Shown here piece after piece: positions 40,472 to 50,686 of a stretch of 64,000 nucleotides of DNA. Origin of the DNA: Theionarchaea archaeon (lineage in GTDB: Archaea; Methanobacteriota_B; Thermococci; Methanofastidiosales; SZ-28-30); contig JACVGT010000019.1 of NCBI GenBank assembly GCA_018992685.1, positions 89,365 to 153,364 of the forward strand, written 5' to 3'. Numbering within the stretch: position 1 is the first letter of the stretch; each line of letters begins with the position of its first letter. The notes beneath the pieces were generated by a model. That model did no database searches, was not told the origin of the DNA, and was given only the letters and a program-made list of their open reading frames with translations. Made by a program: the position numbers and the translations under genes.

Positions 40472-41648
40472 AACCTCCCACAGCCTCCTCTAAACACGTG
40501 TCCAACGATCTGTAGTACACCGGTGCATAGTACCTCATCTTGCCCGAATTGGTAACAATTGACCGTCTCCTTAAGCTGGGAGTTTCAAATAGTGCGAGAG
40601 GACATAAAGACACCAGCGAAGCACCTGTTCTCTCAAGAGACTCAACATGCTCACTTTCCATAAACTGCTTTCTGACATGGTCGCTGGTATTCACCAACAG
40701 TTTTACGCCTTTTCGTATTTTGGTTCCTTCGAGAAGGCGTGATACGCGAACAAGCTCTCCATACGAAAGATGAGGACATCCAATGAAGACCATATCCGCC
40801 CGTTTTGACCCTGCACTCAGTTCCTTTTCCTGTTCAGAGAGGGTCTCATCTGTTATACTAATCGTATCTGCGTCATCACGGAGACTATCCTCACCCAAAG
40901 CCCTAGCTTCTGGAGTGACCCCTTCAACGTGAAACAGTCCCACTCCGCCAGATGCTGCCATGGCTGCGCCCATATTCTTGAAATCATCCTGAGTTCCCTG
41001 CAATCCCCGGATGTAGGGAATCCCGCTCGGGATAACCTTCCCTATGAGATACCCGAGCACTGGAAAGTCCACGTGTCCAATATCGGTCTCCACAAGAACC
41101 TCTACTGTTCCTTTCCTATTCTCGTCCAGAAGCAAGCCCATGGATGGAGTGACTCCCAGAACCGCACTGATCAAATCAAGGATCCCAGAATTACGATTTG
41201 TCCTCGCACCCAGAACTGAATTTGCATAAATAACTGCACTGGATTCTGCCCACGATATAACATCTCCTTTCCGTGGGACATTTCCGCACAAATAAGGGGT
41301 GCAGGAATAAGTCTCTATCCCTCCAAGTTGCCTGAAGTATTCCCTGAACACGTTATCGTTCTTCAAGACATACTTCTGGATCACTCCAGGGTTGTCTGTG
41401 GTAAAGTGAGGATTGATGGTCGTGGGCACTGCGAATTGGATTCCCTCTCGTACCAACTGCTCTACAATGTCAAGATACGTCTTGAATAGAATTGACCCGG
41501 AGCTCATGACAAGGTGGGCACTCCGAATGGGAACCAGGGTCTCTGCACTGAAGAACTGTCCATACTTCACAAGCGTCTTCAGACATTTCTGCAGCGTTTC
41601 TCCCTTTCGGCCTATGAGAATGGCTTCGTGTTCATCGGAAAGGTTCAT
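40455..41648 (-). CDS. Aconitase X catalytic subunit (DUF521)
   Basis: SAH, TINP, SCTPY, WAESSAVIYANSVLGARTN, GCPH, TNSGK. Confidence 0.92.
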   Translation of the reverse strand: MNLSDEHEAILIGRKGETLQKCLKTLVKYGQFFSAETLVPIRSAHLVMSSGSILFKTYLDIVEQLVREGIQFAVPTTINPHFTTDNPGVIQKYVLKNDNVFREYFRQLGGIETYSCTPYLCGNVPRKGDVISWAESSAVIYANSVLGARTNRNSGILDLISAVLGVTPSMGLLLDENRKGTVEVLVETDIGHVDFPVLGYLIGKVIPSGIPYIRGLQGTQDDFKNMGAAMAASGGVGLFHVEGVTPEARALGEDSLRDDADTISITDETLSEQEKELSAGSKRADMVFIGCPHLSYGELVRVSRLLEGTKIRKGVKLLVNTSDHVRKQFMESEHVESLERTGASLVSLCPLALFETPSLRRRSIVTNSGKMRYYAPVYYRSLDTCLEEAVGGFDLAG

Positions 41649-41823
41649 TGAGTCACCTTGGGTTCTGGTATCTTACACCGGCTTTGGTGTCCGTGTGATA
41701 ATTCTATAAAAATGTTTGCATATTACACTGTACTTTCCATGTGACGTAAAGCCCAATGTACTACCATTCTCAATCCTTCACCTCGATAATGTACAGCATA
41801 TGAAATCAAAGAGAATCAGGAGA

Positions 41824-42738
41824 TCACTTCTGCAAGGCATCCCTGACTCCTGCCACAATCAAGGGGAATCCGATGGTGGCATCACAGTAACAGGTGCACA
41901 GTCTGGAATCTTTCGACACCTTGCCCCAGGAAATCGCTTCTTCCAGTGTTGCTCCAGATAATCCACCATATTCTGGCCTGTCGGTAGTTATCTGAAGAGC
42001 ATACTCAAAGGTACGAGGGGAGAGCAGCATGGCTTGAAAAATGAAATTCTTGGGAACTCCTCCTCCCAGAAAGATTGCCCCTGCTTTTGATCCAGAACTG
42101 GTCAATTCCACCATTCGACCAATATCTTTAACATGATCAACAATCAGGTGATGATCCTGAGCATACAGGAAGGTGTGCAGCCCTAGAATACTGTCAGTGA
42201 AGGCAGGAACAAAAACAGGGACCTCCTTAAGGAAGGCCTGCCTGACAAAAGAATAAGGAGATGCTAAATGTCTGCCAATCTCCCGCATCAGGTCACTGAC
42301 AGAAATGTCCCCCTTTACGGTGGGCAGAATCTCTCCAATCTTCTTCTCAAACAATCTAAAAGACTCATCTGCAATAAAAGCATCATAGATCCTGTCAATG
42401 CCCTTCTCCCGAAGCTGAGAATCATCTTCCACTACACCCTTGTAGTGAGACCCTCCAAAGGCCTCTATTAGATCATGGGTGGCATTAGCCCCTGTGGTGA
42501 CCACCACATGTACCATGTCGTCCCGTATCAGATCAGCTACTATCTTGCCCAGCCCAGAAGGGACCAACGCCCCTGCCAGTCCTAGGAAAACAGTACAGTT
42601 CTCAGTGAGCATCCCAGCATAGGTTTCAACAGCCTCTGCCATGGTACCTGATCCAAAAGCGCCTTTTTCATATTCCCGTATGAGATCAGCTATAGTCATA
42701 CCCTTTCTTATGTCCAGGGGACATATTTTCTTAGACAC
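41824..42738 (-). CDS. dys: Deoxyhypusine synthase
   Basis: TTGANATHD, IDRIYD, GGGVPKNF, GGLSGATLEEAISWGK, DATI; GTG start after GGAGG. Confidence 0.95.
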   Translation of the reverse strand: MSKKICPLDIRKGMTIADLIREYEKGAFGSGTMAEAVETYAGMLTENCTVFLGLAGALVPSGLGKIVADLIRDDMVHVVVTTGANATHDLIEAFGGSHYKGVVEDDSQLREKGIDRIYDAFIADESFRLFEKKIGEILPTVKGDISVSDLMREIGRHLASPYSFVRQAFLKEVPVFVPAFTDSILGLHTFLYAQDHHLIVDHVKDIGRMVELTSSGSKAGAIFLGGGVPKNFIFQAMLLSPRTFEYALQITTDRPEYGGLSGATLEEAISWGKVSKDSRLCTCYCDATIGFPLIVAGVRDALQK

Positions 42739-43549
42739 GGGTCTTCCTCCAGAAGGCAAGCATCTTATACAATACGTGGGCCGCCGTGACAGCAGTTCTG
42801 TCTGCATACCGGGAACACACTTCACAGAGGTCCATACTGGTGACAGTATTATGGGTAATCACTGCTTCAAGGAGAGAGAATGCAGTATCCAACGATATCC
42901 CATTAGGGACAGGGTTGGAGACGTTTGGGGCTACACTTGGATCCAGAACATCCATGTCAAAGGATACATGAACCTTCTTGCCTTCAGGATACCACGCGTG
43001 TTTCAGCTCTGAAGGTCGATACGCAGGGAGAGACTTCTCTTTCAGGAAGGAGAATTCCTCCTGTGAACACTCTCTGTATCCATATACTGCTATGTCGCAG
43101 ATTTCCAATAACCGTCTGGACGTACATGCATGGGACAGTGGCTCTCCCAGAAACTCCTCTCTCAAGTCCAGGTGTGCATCCAGTATGACGACAATCTCCG
43201 GACGTGATACCGACACCACTGGATAAGCGACAGTATGCTCCCCTCCGAGGGCAATGAAAGGTTGTGCCAAGTCAGAACATGCTTTTCTGATTATTTCATG
43301 GGTTATGCACGGATTTCCAAATGAACAATTTATATTCCCCATATCTCTTACTCGAATGTCAGTGAGATCAAGCTCCAAATCACAGTCGAAAACCTCCAGT
43401 TGACATGATGCCTCCCTGATTGCATCAGGTCCGAACCGGGCTCCCGTATTAGCACAACAGGTAGAGTCGAAGGGCACACCGAATAGAATCCAGTCAGGTT
43501 CTTCTTCACAATGGAGTGCAATTTTCCCGGGTGAAGAAAAGAAGATCAT
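42731..43549 (-). CDS. speB: Agmatinase/ureohydrolase
   Basis: GVPFD, GARFGP..IR, GGEHT, DAHLD, SHAC, DMDVLDP. Confidence 0.93.
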   Translation of the reverse strand: MIFFSSPGKIALHCEEEPDWILFGVPFDSTCCANTGARFGPDAIREASCQLEVFDCDLELDLTDIRVRDMGNINCSFGNPCITHEIIRKACSDLAQPFIALGGEHTVAYPVVSVSRPEIVVILDAHLDLREEFLGEPLSHACTSRRLLEICDIAVYGYRECSQEEFSFLKEKSLPAYRPSELKHAWYPEGKKVHVSFDMDVLDPSVAPNVSNPVPNGISLDTAFSLLEAVITHNTVTSMDLCEVCSRYADRTAVTAAHVLYKMLAFWRKTRV

Positions 43550-43956
43550 GAGCTTTTTCCTTTTACCCTGACAATCTTGTACCGTCCCAAGGTCTCCAGA
43601 TACTCCACCTCTACACTCTCATCCAGGTCACCTTCGACGTCTTCAGGCCTGGGCAAAGGAACTTCAAAAGTCTCGTAGGACTCCATGTCCATGAGCTGCA
43701 CTCTATTACCCATGATGGCTGTAACCATGCCATTCCTCTTATCGATGATAGGTGCATCAATTTTGTCTCCGGTGGGCTTTATGATGCTCCTCTTCTTGTC
43801 GTCAAAGATTCCAATAGCCTCGATTCTGGCCTTCGCAGATCCGTGCTTTCCTGGAGATGATGTAGTGATATCCGAGATCTTGCAGGGTTCGTCTTCTACG
43901 ATGATGTAGCGTCCTCTTTTCAACGTCCTTACTTCTGCAACGGTTTTTCCTCCCAT
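43546..43956 (-). CDS. eif5a: Translation factor aIF-5A
   Basis: Hypusine-site motif [10 protein letters not shown]; [12 protein letters not shown]. Confidence 0.97.
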   Translation of the reverse strand: MGGKTVAEVRTLKRGRYIIVEDEPCKISDITTSSPGKHGSAKARIEAIGIFDDKKRSIIKPTGDKIDAPIIDKRNGMVTAIMGNRVQLMDMESYETFEVPLPRPEDVEGDLDESVEVEYLETLGRYKIVRVKGKSS

Positions 43957-44030
43957 TGAAACACCTGTAGTAACTGTTGAATTGATTTTATAAAGGTTGT
44001 GTTTGCTGCAGGGCTGTAATATGTAGAGCC

Positions 44031-44390
44031 ATGGGTAGCATTTTGGCAGAAGGTGATCCCATTGGACGTGGTAACAGAACGATGGAAATTACTCCAACTG
44101 CCAGGAAGGAACATCTCACAATGATAGAAGCATGCCATCGCTGTAGCGTCTCTTGGAAGACCTACTACAGGCGGAAGAACCGGCTTAGAGAAGAAGGTAT
44201 TGATAGATTAAAGAATCGATCCCGCAGACCTGGATTATCGCCCAGAAAGACCGAAGCTCAAACTGAATTTGAAACCGTCAGGATCAAGGCTGTTCCTTCG
44301 ATTCATATTGAATGTGTGCCTGTGGCAATATCTGAAGAGCATGGAGCGTGGAAATACCTCTTGGGATGGTGCACAACCTTTTTGTGGTGA
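44031..44390 (+). mobile_element. Transposase N-terminal HTH remnant (IS481-like)
   Basis: ACHRCSVSWKTYYRRKNR...GIDRLKNRSRRP..SPRKT; no DDE domain follows. Confidence 0.65.
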
Positions 44391-44431
44391 CCTCAGAGCC
44401 CGAAAACGGTCAGCCAGATCAGTCGGGAGTC

Positions 44432-45721
44432 CTACCCCTTCCTAGAAAGTGCGCTCTTTGCATACCTGGCTGCACAGCCTGAAAGTGAAATCGCAAAGAC
44501 AGCAACGACGACCGCCTCGACACCCACATCATAGAATCTAACCCCCATTCTTTCTAGTACGCGAGAGGGGCCATCAAGAAAGAAGGGCCCTGGAAAAGGA
44601 AGAACCTCCTTCATTCCAGGAGCGTCCGCATGGCCTGGAAGGCTATTGTCGTGCAAATAGATGTTCTCTGTGAAAAATGTAGGGCCTGTAAATCCATCAA
44701 GGTGATTCGGAGCGGCATCCTCCTTCGGAATCCCTCCAAAATGCATGAGATCTCCCGCAGCATATGCTCCAGCAATGAGCAGCAGTGCAAAAGCCCAAAA
44801 AGAAACTACGTATAGCCAGATATTGCTCTTCCTGGATCCAGACAACAGCATGTCTGTTCTCGCTCTAAAATCGGATTTGACAAGCGGAGTTGATGTAATT
44901 GATAAAATAGACCTTTTCTTCTGAATGTGGAGCTCACCCAATCGGACCAGCGCATACAGGAACGTGATTTTCTCTTTTTTCTTATCGGAAACTCTGTCTG
45001 CAAGGTATTCCCTTTCACGTGCTATCTTCCTGCTCAAAATATGTACTACAGGATTCATGAACAAGAAAATCCGCATGGAAACCAGAAGCGGTTTTAGAAT
45101 ATTATCATGATGTTTAATGTGATTCATCTCGTGTCTCAAAATCAGCCTGAGCTCCCGTTCGCTGGTGTTTTTCAAGAGATCTTTCCCCACTGCCAGGCTT
45201 GCCGGGAGACCGAACACAAAGGCATTGACCCCTTCAACGAGGAATACCTCAGGAATCTTCATATTCAAGGTACAACACACGGTTTCCAGGGCAGCTGTGA
45301 GTCTGATGTCCTTACACTCTTCAGCGTGAAACTGCTTCTTGATGTAATACCTGGACAGGAATACAGTAACGAGAAAGAAGAAAAAAGACGCAATAAGCAA
45401 GATTGTGAGTATAAATCTGAAATCAAAAATGACTTCTTCTTCAATCCAATGGGAAAAACCCATTCTCAAAGTAATCTCCATCTCCTTGACAATATTCGGC
45501 ACGTACAGGAAAATACGATTCTCACGCGCCTGAATATTAAACAGGAAGGGAACATACAGAATACTGAAGAAACAAGAGACAAGAGCCACCATATACAAAT
45601 GAGATTTCTGGGAACTGCATTGTATTCGTGTCACCTTAACTATGAATTCCACCAGAAGAAACCCCAGCATAGAAGCAATCACACCTATCAAGAATCGCTC
45701 CGCAAAACCTAAATCAATCAC
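44432..45721 (-). CDS. M56/BlaR1-like membrane metallopeptidase
   Basis: TM helices, NAFVFG, LRHEMNHIKHHD (HExxH), EYLAD; no penicillin-binding domain. Confidence 0.88.
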   Translation of the reverse strand: MIDLGFAERFLIGVIASMLGFLLVEFIVKVTRIQCSSQKSHLYMVALVSCFFSILYVPFLFNIQARENRIFLYVPNIVKEMEITLRMGFSHWIEEEVIFDFRFILTILLIASFFFFLVTVFLSRYYIKKQFHAEECKDIRLTAALETVCCTLNMKIPEVFLVEGVNAFVFGLPASLAVGKDLLKNTSERELRLILRHEMNHIKHHDNILKPLLVSMRIFLFMNPVVHILSRKIAREREYLADRVSDKKKEKITFLYALVRLGELHIQKKRSILSITSTPLVKSDFRARTDMLLSGSRKSNIWLYVVSFWAFALLLIAGAYAAGDLMHFGGIPKEDAAPNHLDGFTGPTFFTENIYLHDNSLPGHADAPGMKEVLPFPGPFFLDGPSRVLERMGVRFYDVGVEAVVVAVFAISLSGCAARYAKSALSRKG

Positions 45722-46094
45722 GCTTCATCTCCTCTTCTAAGCGCTCCTTGAGTTCTCTTATCTCCTTTTCATCTTCATCAAGCGTTTCTGAAAGATAACT
45801 TATGGTTGCCCGTTCGAACTTTTCGAAAAGACCGAAAAGGGTTTCTTTCACTCTTTTTTCCTCGAATTCCTTCCTTGACTTGGTCGGATAATACACGTAC
45901 TTGAATCCACCTCTGGATTTGGTTTTCTCCCTTTCCAGCAATCCTTTCTGAAAAAGTCGTACCAGGGTTGTGTTAATAGTGGAATATGTGGTTTTTCGCT
46001 CTTTTCTTATCGCCTCATAGATTTCTCGAGCATCTGCTTTTCTTCGTGTCCACAGCATTTCCATGAGTTCTCTTTCCAGATACCCTATCTCCAT
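45714..46094 (-). CDS. BlaI/MecI/CopY family repressor
   Basis: LERELMEMLW, YSTINTTLVRLFQKGLLER, YVYYP. Confidence 0.93.
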   Translation of the reverse strand: MEIGYLERELMEMLWTRRKADAREIYEAIRKERKTTYSTINTTLVRLFQKGLLEREKTKSRGGFKYVYYPTKSRKEFEEKRVKETLFGLFEKFERATISYLSETLDEDEKEIRELKERLEEEMKRD

Positions 46095-46112
46095 GCTGCA
46101 AAGCCAGTCTTC

Positions 46113-46153
46113 TACTATTTAAATGTTGTGGTACTATTGACAATAATACTATT
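46113..46153. promoter_or_regulatory. blaI-like promoter (TTTAAA) with repeated TACTATT sites, candidate operator
   Basis: TACTATT at 46113, 46132 and 46147; imperfect palindrome TACTATTG-A-CAATAATA at 46132-46148. Confidence 0.5.
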
Positions 46154-46884
46154 TTCATCAGTGTCTCCTGGACTCTACTTGGTGCTGGACAATTGTACTC
46201 CAGAGCCTCCTCCCCTCGCAGGTCAAATATATAAAGATGAACGAGACAGTACTCACCTGAACATGAACAGGAACCCCAATCCCTCACTACTGAACGAAGA
46301 AGGGCGAATTGCCAAGGAAGAGAGTAGAGAGTCTGAGTCAGGTCTCCCTTTACTGAAGCACGATATTCAAAGATACTGTGGTGTGCCTCCTCTCCAGAAG
46401 AGGATGCACCAGTATTCGGAGACTGCACAGGGGTATGTCCTGCTATCAGGGCACAGGGAGAAAGAGGGACTGGCTACAGCAGAGCAAAACTCATCAATCC
46501 TTCCTCAAGTACGATTGTACACCACAAGGTTTTTAAATAGTATTATCGGCGATAAGAGCATGACCAGTAATCCATCGAATCCAATCCATCTTGAGGAGTG
46601 ATGATCTGAAAGAGTGATACTGACTGCAAAAGACGTTGCAGATGTGAGGGCTGGTCAATGTGGTGAGAATATGGCGATACAAGGAAGATGGATGTCTGAT
46701 TGCAGTGCACGGAAGACCGGGGTCACACGAGAACTATCGTGACCCCTGTGAGAGATTGACATGAGAACCCCAGCTTGAAAACTACAATGGCTCCGGTTCG
46801 CTTTTGCCACCACGGCATTATGAAAAGGGATGCAAGAATCTTACAAGAAGCGAAAAAATGACCTGGAAATCAGGAGGTGCAAAA

Positions 46885-47622
46885 ATGTTACAGATATTGA
46901 ATCCTTTCAAAGCAGGAAGCGAATTCCAGAAGCTGAAACTGAGGAAAAGGTGGATTCTAGCCATAACAATTGTTCTTATTCCAACAATACTGTCCACGGC
47001 CGGGAATTACCTGGTTCAACAGGAAACCCAGACTTTTTTCCAGCAACTACAGGAGCAGGAAGGTAGCCAGTCAGCGACACAATCACAGAGACAGGGGGCA
47101 GCACGCAACCGGAACCCTATGGGAATGGTCTTCCCAATGGGCCGCCCTCAAATGGAAGGCACAGTAGGCAGCTCAGGGACCCTAACCACCGGGCTTGTCT
47201 TGGGCCTCATCGCTGCACTGATATACTGGGTCCTAAAATCAGTTGTCTTCCATATTGGGTCAAAAATTCTGGGAGGGGAAGGAGTGAATGTATCCTCCAC
47301 CATTCATATGACTGCCTACACCAGCATTCCTCTCATGTTCAAGGGAATTCTTGATCTCATCAAAGGGATAACCTACGATGTACCTTCCCAGATCGGGACA
47401 TTCGTGCCGCCCACGGGAGCTGACAGTCTGTTCCTGGATTTTGTCAGGGATCATTTCACCATTTTCGTAGTGTGGGCAGTACTGCTGATGATTGTGGCGG
47501 TAAGGGAACAGTACAGTCTGAGTAACACGAGAGCGCTATGTGTCGTCCTTGTACCATATGTTGTGGTGTGGATTCTGCAACTGACACTTTTTTCTTCAGG
47601 CGGATTTCTGGGAGTGATCTGA
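46885..47622 (+). CDS. Yip1-family membrane protein
   Basis: ILNP...F..LK, five TM helices, LGG.G, YTSIP; GGAGGTG RBS. Confidence 0.8.
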   Translation: MLQILNPFKAGSEFQKLKLRKRWILAITIVLIPTILSTAGNYLVQQETQTFFQQLQEQEGSQSATQSQRQGAARNRNPMGMVFPMGRPQMEGTVGSSGTLTTGLVLGLIAALIYWVLKSVVFHIGSKILGGEGVNVSSTIHMTAYTSIPLMFKGILDLIKGITYDVPSQIGTFVPPTGADSLFLDFVRDHFTIFVVWAVLLMIVAVREQYSLSNTRALCVVLVPYVVVWILQLTLFSSGGFLGVI

Positions 47623-48308
47623 TGCTTGCATTCCATGCAGAGAACGTTGAAATGCAGTTTCATATGGGCAGTACCGTCGTCAATGCACTACGGGGCGTCT
47701 CTTTACAGGTGCACGAGGGAGAGTTCGTCTCCATCGTGGGTACCAGTGGTTCTGGCAAGTCCACACTGTTGAACCTTGTGGGGGGGCTGATGAAACCTAC
47801 ATCTGGAAAAGTCTATGTCAAGGGGCATGATTTGACAGCCATGAATGAGAACGAACTGGCCTTATTTAGGAGGCAATATGTTGGATTTGTTTTCCAGTCG
47901 TTCAACCTCACCAGCACGCTGACTGCAGTAGAAAATGTGGAACTTCCTTTAGTGTTCTCCGGGATTCGTCCAGCAGAAAGAGAAACGAGAGTGAGAACTC
48001 TTCTCGCAGGTCTCGGGTTGGACGACAGGTTGGATCACAAGCCTTCTGAGCTGTCCGGCGGTCAGCAGCAGAGAGTGTCCATCGCCAGGGCAATCATCAC
48101 TGAACCTGAGATCATTCTTGCAGACGAGCCCACGGGTAATCTGGACTCTCGCACATCTCGGGAGATAATGGAGGTCCTGTATGCCCTGAACAGGAAAGGT
48201 CAGACCTTTCTAGTGGTCACCCATGATATGGAAGTAGCCCACTATGGAAATCGTATCATCCATATGACGGATGGCAGAATTACAAAAATCGAGGAGGTGT
48301 CATCATGA
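47622..48308 (+). CDS. ABC ATPase, LolD/MacB type
   Basis: GTSGSGKSTLL, VGFVFQSFNL, LSGGQQQRV, LADEPTGNLD, VTHD. Confidence 0.95.
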   Translation: MLAFHAENVEMQFHMGSTVVNALRGVSLQVHEGEFVSIVGTSGSGKSTLLNLVGGLMKPTSGKVYVKGHDLTAMNENELALFRRQYVGFVFQSFNLTSTLTAVENVELPLVFSGIRPAERETRVRTLLAGLGLDDRLDHKPSELSGGQQQRVSIARAIITEPEIILADEPTGNLDSRTSREIMEVLYALNRKGQTFLVVTHDMEVAHYGNRIIHMTDGRITKIEEVSS

Positions 48309-49393
48309 AAAAAGGATTCATTGTAGTACTGATTATAGTGAGCACAGTATTGATCCCCTGCTTAACGCGGGCAGAAGAGAATGCAGAACTGACAGTGGTG
48401 GTGTCAAACATATATGGAGACCTCATAAATGATGCCCGTGTGTCTGTCAAGTATGTGTTCCCTCAGGATGATGATGTGGACATCCCCTATCAGTTTACCG
48501 GAAATGGGAAGGCGACATTCTCTCTGGAAGCTGACCGGGAGTACGCAGTATCTGTCACCAAGGCTGGGTTTTCCCCGCACACTGAACAAGTAGACCTCGA
48601 AGAGGATACGACACTTTCTGTCACGCTAGAGTATGTTCAGAGTGTGCCTCTTCTTCGTATGAAACGATACTCTGTATCCCCGGAGCAGGTGGGACCAGGA
48701 GAATCATTCCAGCTGTACCTGGTAATCGAGAACGAAGGAACGGGGGATGCGCTTAATGTAACAGTCAGTTTCGATCTTACAGAAAATTTCTCTCCAGCTC
48801 AGCCGGCAAGTTCAGCCTATTTCGAGCGATTGGACATAAGAGAGCTGACATCTGTCTTGCAGACATTTGTGGTCTCTGGAGAAACAGTTTCAGGCGTCTA
48901 CGACTTGACTGTGACTCTATCGTATTCTGACGCTTCAGGCTCTTCTTACACTGTACAAGAGACAGTGGGCATATCTGTCTTGAGAAAGCCTCTGATCAAA
49001 TTGCTGAACGTGGATTACCCGACCGAGGTGATGCAGGACGAGACGTTCAAATTCTCCTCTGACATTGCCAACGTTGGACGGTTTGCAGTCAATGGCGTCT
49101 ATCTGGAAGTAGAAAGTGATATGGACTGGGAATACAATTCATATTACATTGGCAGTCTTGAAGCGGGAGACTTCGATTCGTTTGAAGCCGAAGTCGTTCC
49201 AACACAACCGGGAGAGCACACCTTCATTATCAGGATTGGGTTTGTTGATGATTTCAACAAAGAACACTTCCAGGAGGAATCCTTTTCTGTGTCGGTGACA
49301 GAGAAGGTGCCAGAACAGACCTACACTCCTGAGGAGAAGGGACTGTGGCAGCGCTTCATTGACTTCCTGAAATCTTTCCTGGGGCTGGACTAG
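48305..49393 (+). CDS. Exported Ig-like protein (COG1361 S-layer-associated / CARDB-like)
   Basis: Signal peptide, carboxypeptidase-regulatory-like domain, two Ig domains (IENEGTGDA, ANVG), amphipathic C-terminus. Confidence 0.75.
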   Translation: MKKGFIVVLIIVSTVLIPCLTRAEENAELTVVVSNIYGDLINDARVSVKYVFPQDDDVDIPYQFTGNGKATFSLEADREYAVSVTKAGFSPHTEQVDLEEDTTLSVTLEYVQSVPLLRMKRYSVSPEQVGPGESFQLYLVIENEGTGDALNVTVSFDLTENFSPAQPASSAYFERLDIRELTSVLQTFVVSGETVSGVYDLTVTLSYSDASGSSYTVQETVGISVLRKPLIKLLNVDYPTEVMQDETFKFSSDIANVGRFAVNGVYLEVESDMDWEYNSYYIGSLEAGDFDSFEAEVVPTQPGEHTFIIRIGFVDDFNKEHFQEESFSVSVTEKVPEQTYTPEEKGLWQRFIDFLKSFLGLD

Positions 49394-50686
49394 ATGCGCT
49401 TCGATGATCTTATCCGGATTGTTATTCGGAACCTGAATAGAGTTCGAACCAGGACAATTCTGACTACGCTGGGCGTGATAATCGGGGTGGCAGCCATTGT
49501 CACCCTGTTGTCCGTTGCCATGGGATTTCAGCAAACCATCACAGGACAACTGGAAGAAATGAGCGACATTACTCAGATCACAGTCTCGCAGGCACGGTTC
49601 GGCCCGGGAATGATAAGGGGCGGGGGTGCGGTGGCACAGTCAGAGGAGATCAAGATACTAGACGATGATGTAGTTGAGGAAATCGAAGCATTTGACGGTG
49701 TAGAAGCAGTCATTCCAATCGTCTCTACATCCAGCACCATTGAGGTGGGCAGGTACACAACTCGAATGAGTTCAATCACAGGGATCGACCCGAGAAATGC
49801 TGACGATATGGATATCGAAATGATGGATGGACGATTTTTGCGGAATAATGACAAGAATGTCATCGTTGTTGGGTACAGTGTGAATGACGAGTTCATGGAA
49901 AAGAAAACAGAGAAAACTGTGGAAGATCTTGATATCCAAGGAAAAAATGCGGAGATTATAATTGAAAGAACTACTGATGAAGGTGAAGCGGAATCCAGGT
50001 CTATCCGGGTAAGAATAGTAGGGGTGATGGCTGAACAGGGCACAGAGAGCGACTATCGGATTTACGCGCCTCTGGATCTGGTCGTCGAAATCAAGGAATG
50101 GACAATGCAGGAATCGAATCTCTTGAAAGAAGAAGGCTATGACAGGCTAACCGTAAAGGCCACGGATTCCAGTGTGGTAGATGATCTGACTGAGAAAATC
50201 ACTGAACTGGGATTCCAGGCATTTTCCTCAAAGCAGATCATAGACAGCATGAATCAGATCTTTGTTATCCTGCAGATCTTTCTTGTGGGAATTGGCGCAA
50301 TTTCCTTATTCGTCGCTGCATTAGGAATCACGAACACCATGATGATGTCCATCATGGAGAGAACCAGAGAAATTGGCATCATGAAAGTCATAGGTGCTTC
50401 CAATTCAGATGTCACGCGAATCTTTCTTATGGAGGCTCTGTTTATCGGATTACTGGGTGGCGTGGGCGGTGTGATACTGGGATATGTGATTTCGAAAATT
50501 ATTGATCTGGTTGCTGGCAGCTACCTGACACAACAAGGAGCGACTGCACAATCCATCTCAGTAATGCCTCTGTGGCTGATTGCATTTGCCCTTGGATTTG
50601 CCATGCTGGTGGGACTAGTATCAGGAGTATATCCTGCGGGGAAGGCAGCGAGATTATCTCCTGTGGAGGCTCTACGCCATGATTAG
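49394..50686 (+). CDS. MacB/FtsX-family ABC permease
   Basis: RTILTTLGVIIGVAA, GITNTM..SIMERTREIGIMKVIGA, YPA.KAARLSPVEALR. Confidence 0.95.
   Translation: MRFDDLIRIVIRNLNRVRTRTILTTLGVIIGVAAIVTLLSVAMGFQQTITGQLEEMSDITQITVSQARFGPGMIRGGGAVAQSEEIKILDDDVVEEIEAFDGVEAVIPIVSTSSTIEVGRYTTRMSSITGIDPRNADDMDIEMMDGRFLRNNDKNVIVVGYSVNDEFMEKKTEKTVEDLDIQGKNAEIIIERTTDEGEAESRSIRVRIVGVMAEQGTESDYRIYAPLDLVVEIKEWTMQESNLLKEEGYDRLTVKATDSSVVDDLTEKITELGFQAFSSKQIIDSMNQIFVILQIFLVGIGAISLFVAALGITNTMMMSIMERTREIGIMKVIGASNSDVTRIFLMEALFIGLLGGVGGVILGYVISKIIDLVAGSYLTQQGATAQSISVMPLWLIAFALGFAMLVGLVSGVYPAGKAARLSPVEALRHD

Noticed and set aside
44010-44400. Intact IS element
   Set aside because: Only an eroded HTH segment; no catalytic domain, and no convincing terminal inverted repeats or target duplication found by eye
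46128-46601. 157-aa ORF in the blaI intergenic region
   Set aside because: Starts inside the promoter/operator, has no RBS or domain signature and spans a second promoter; probably non-coding
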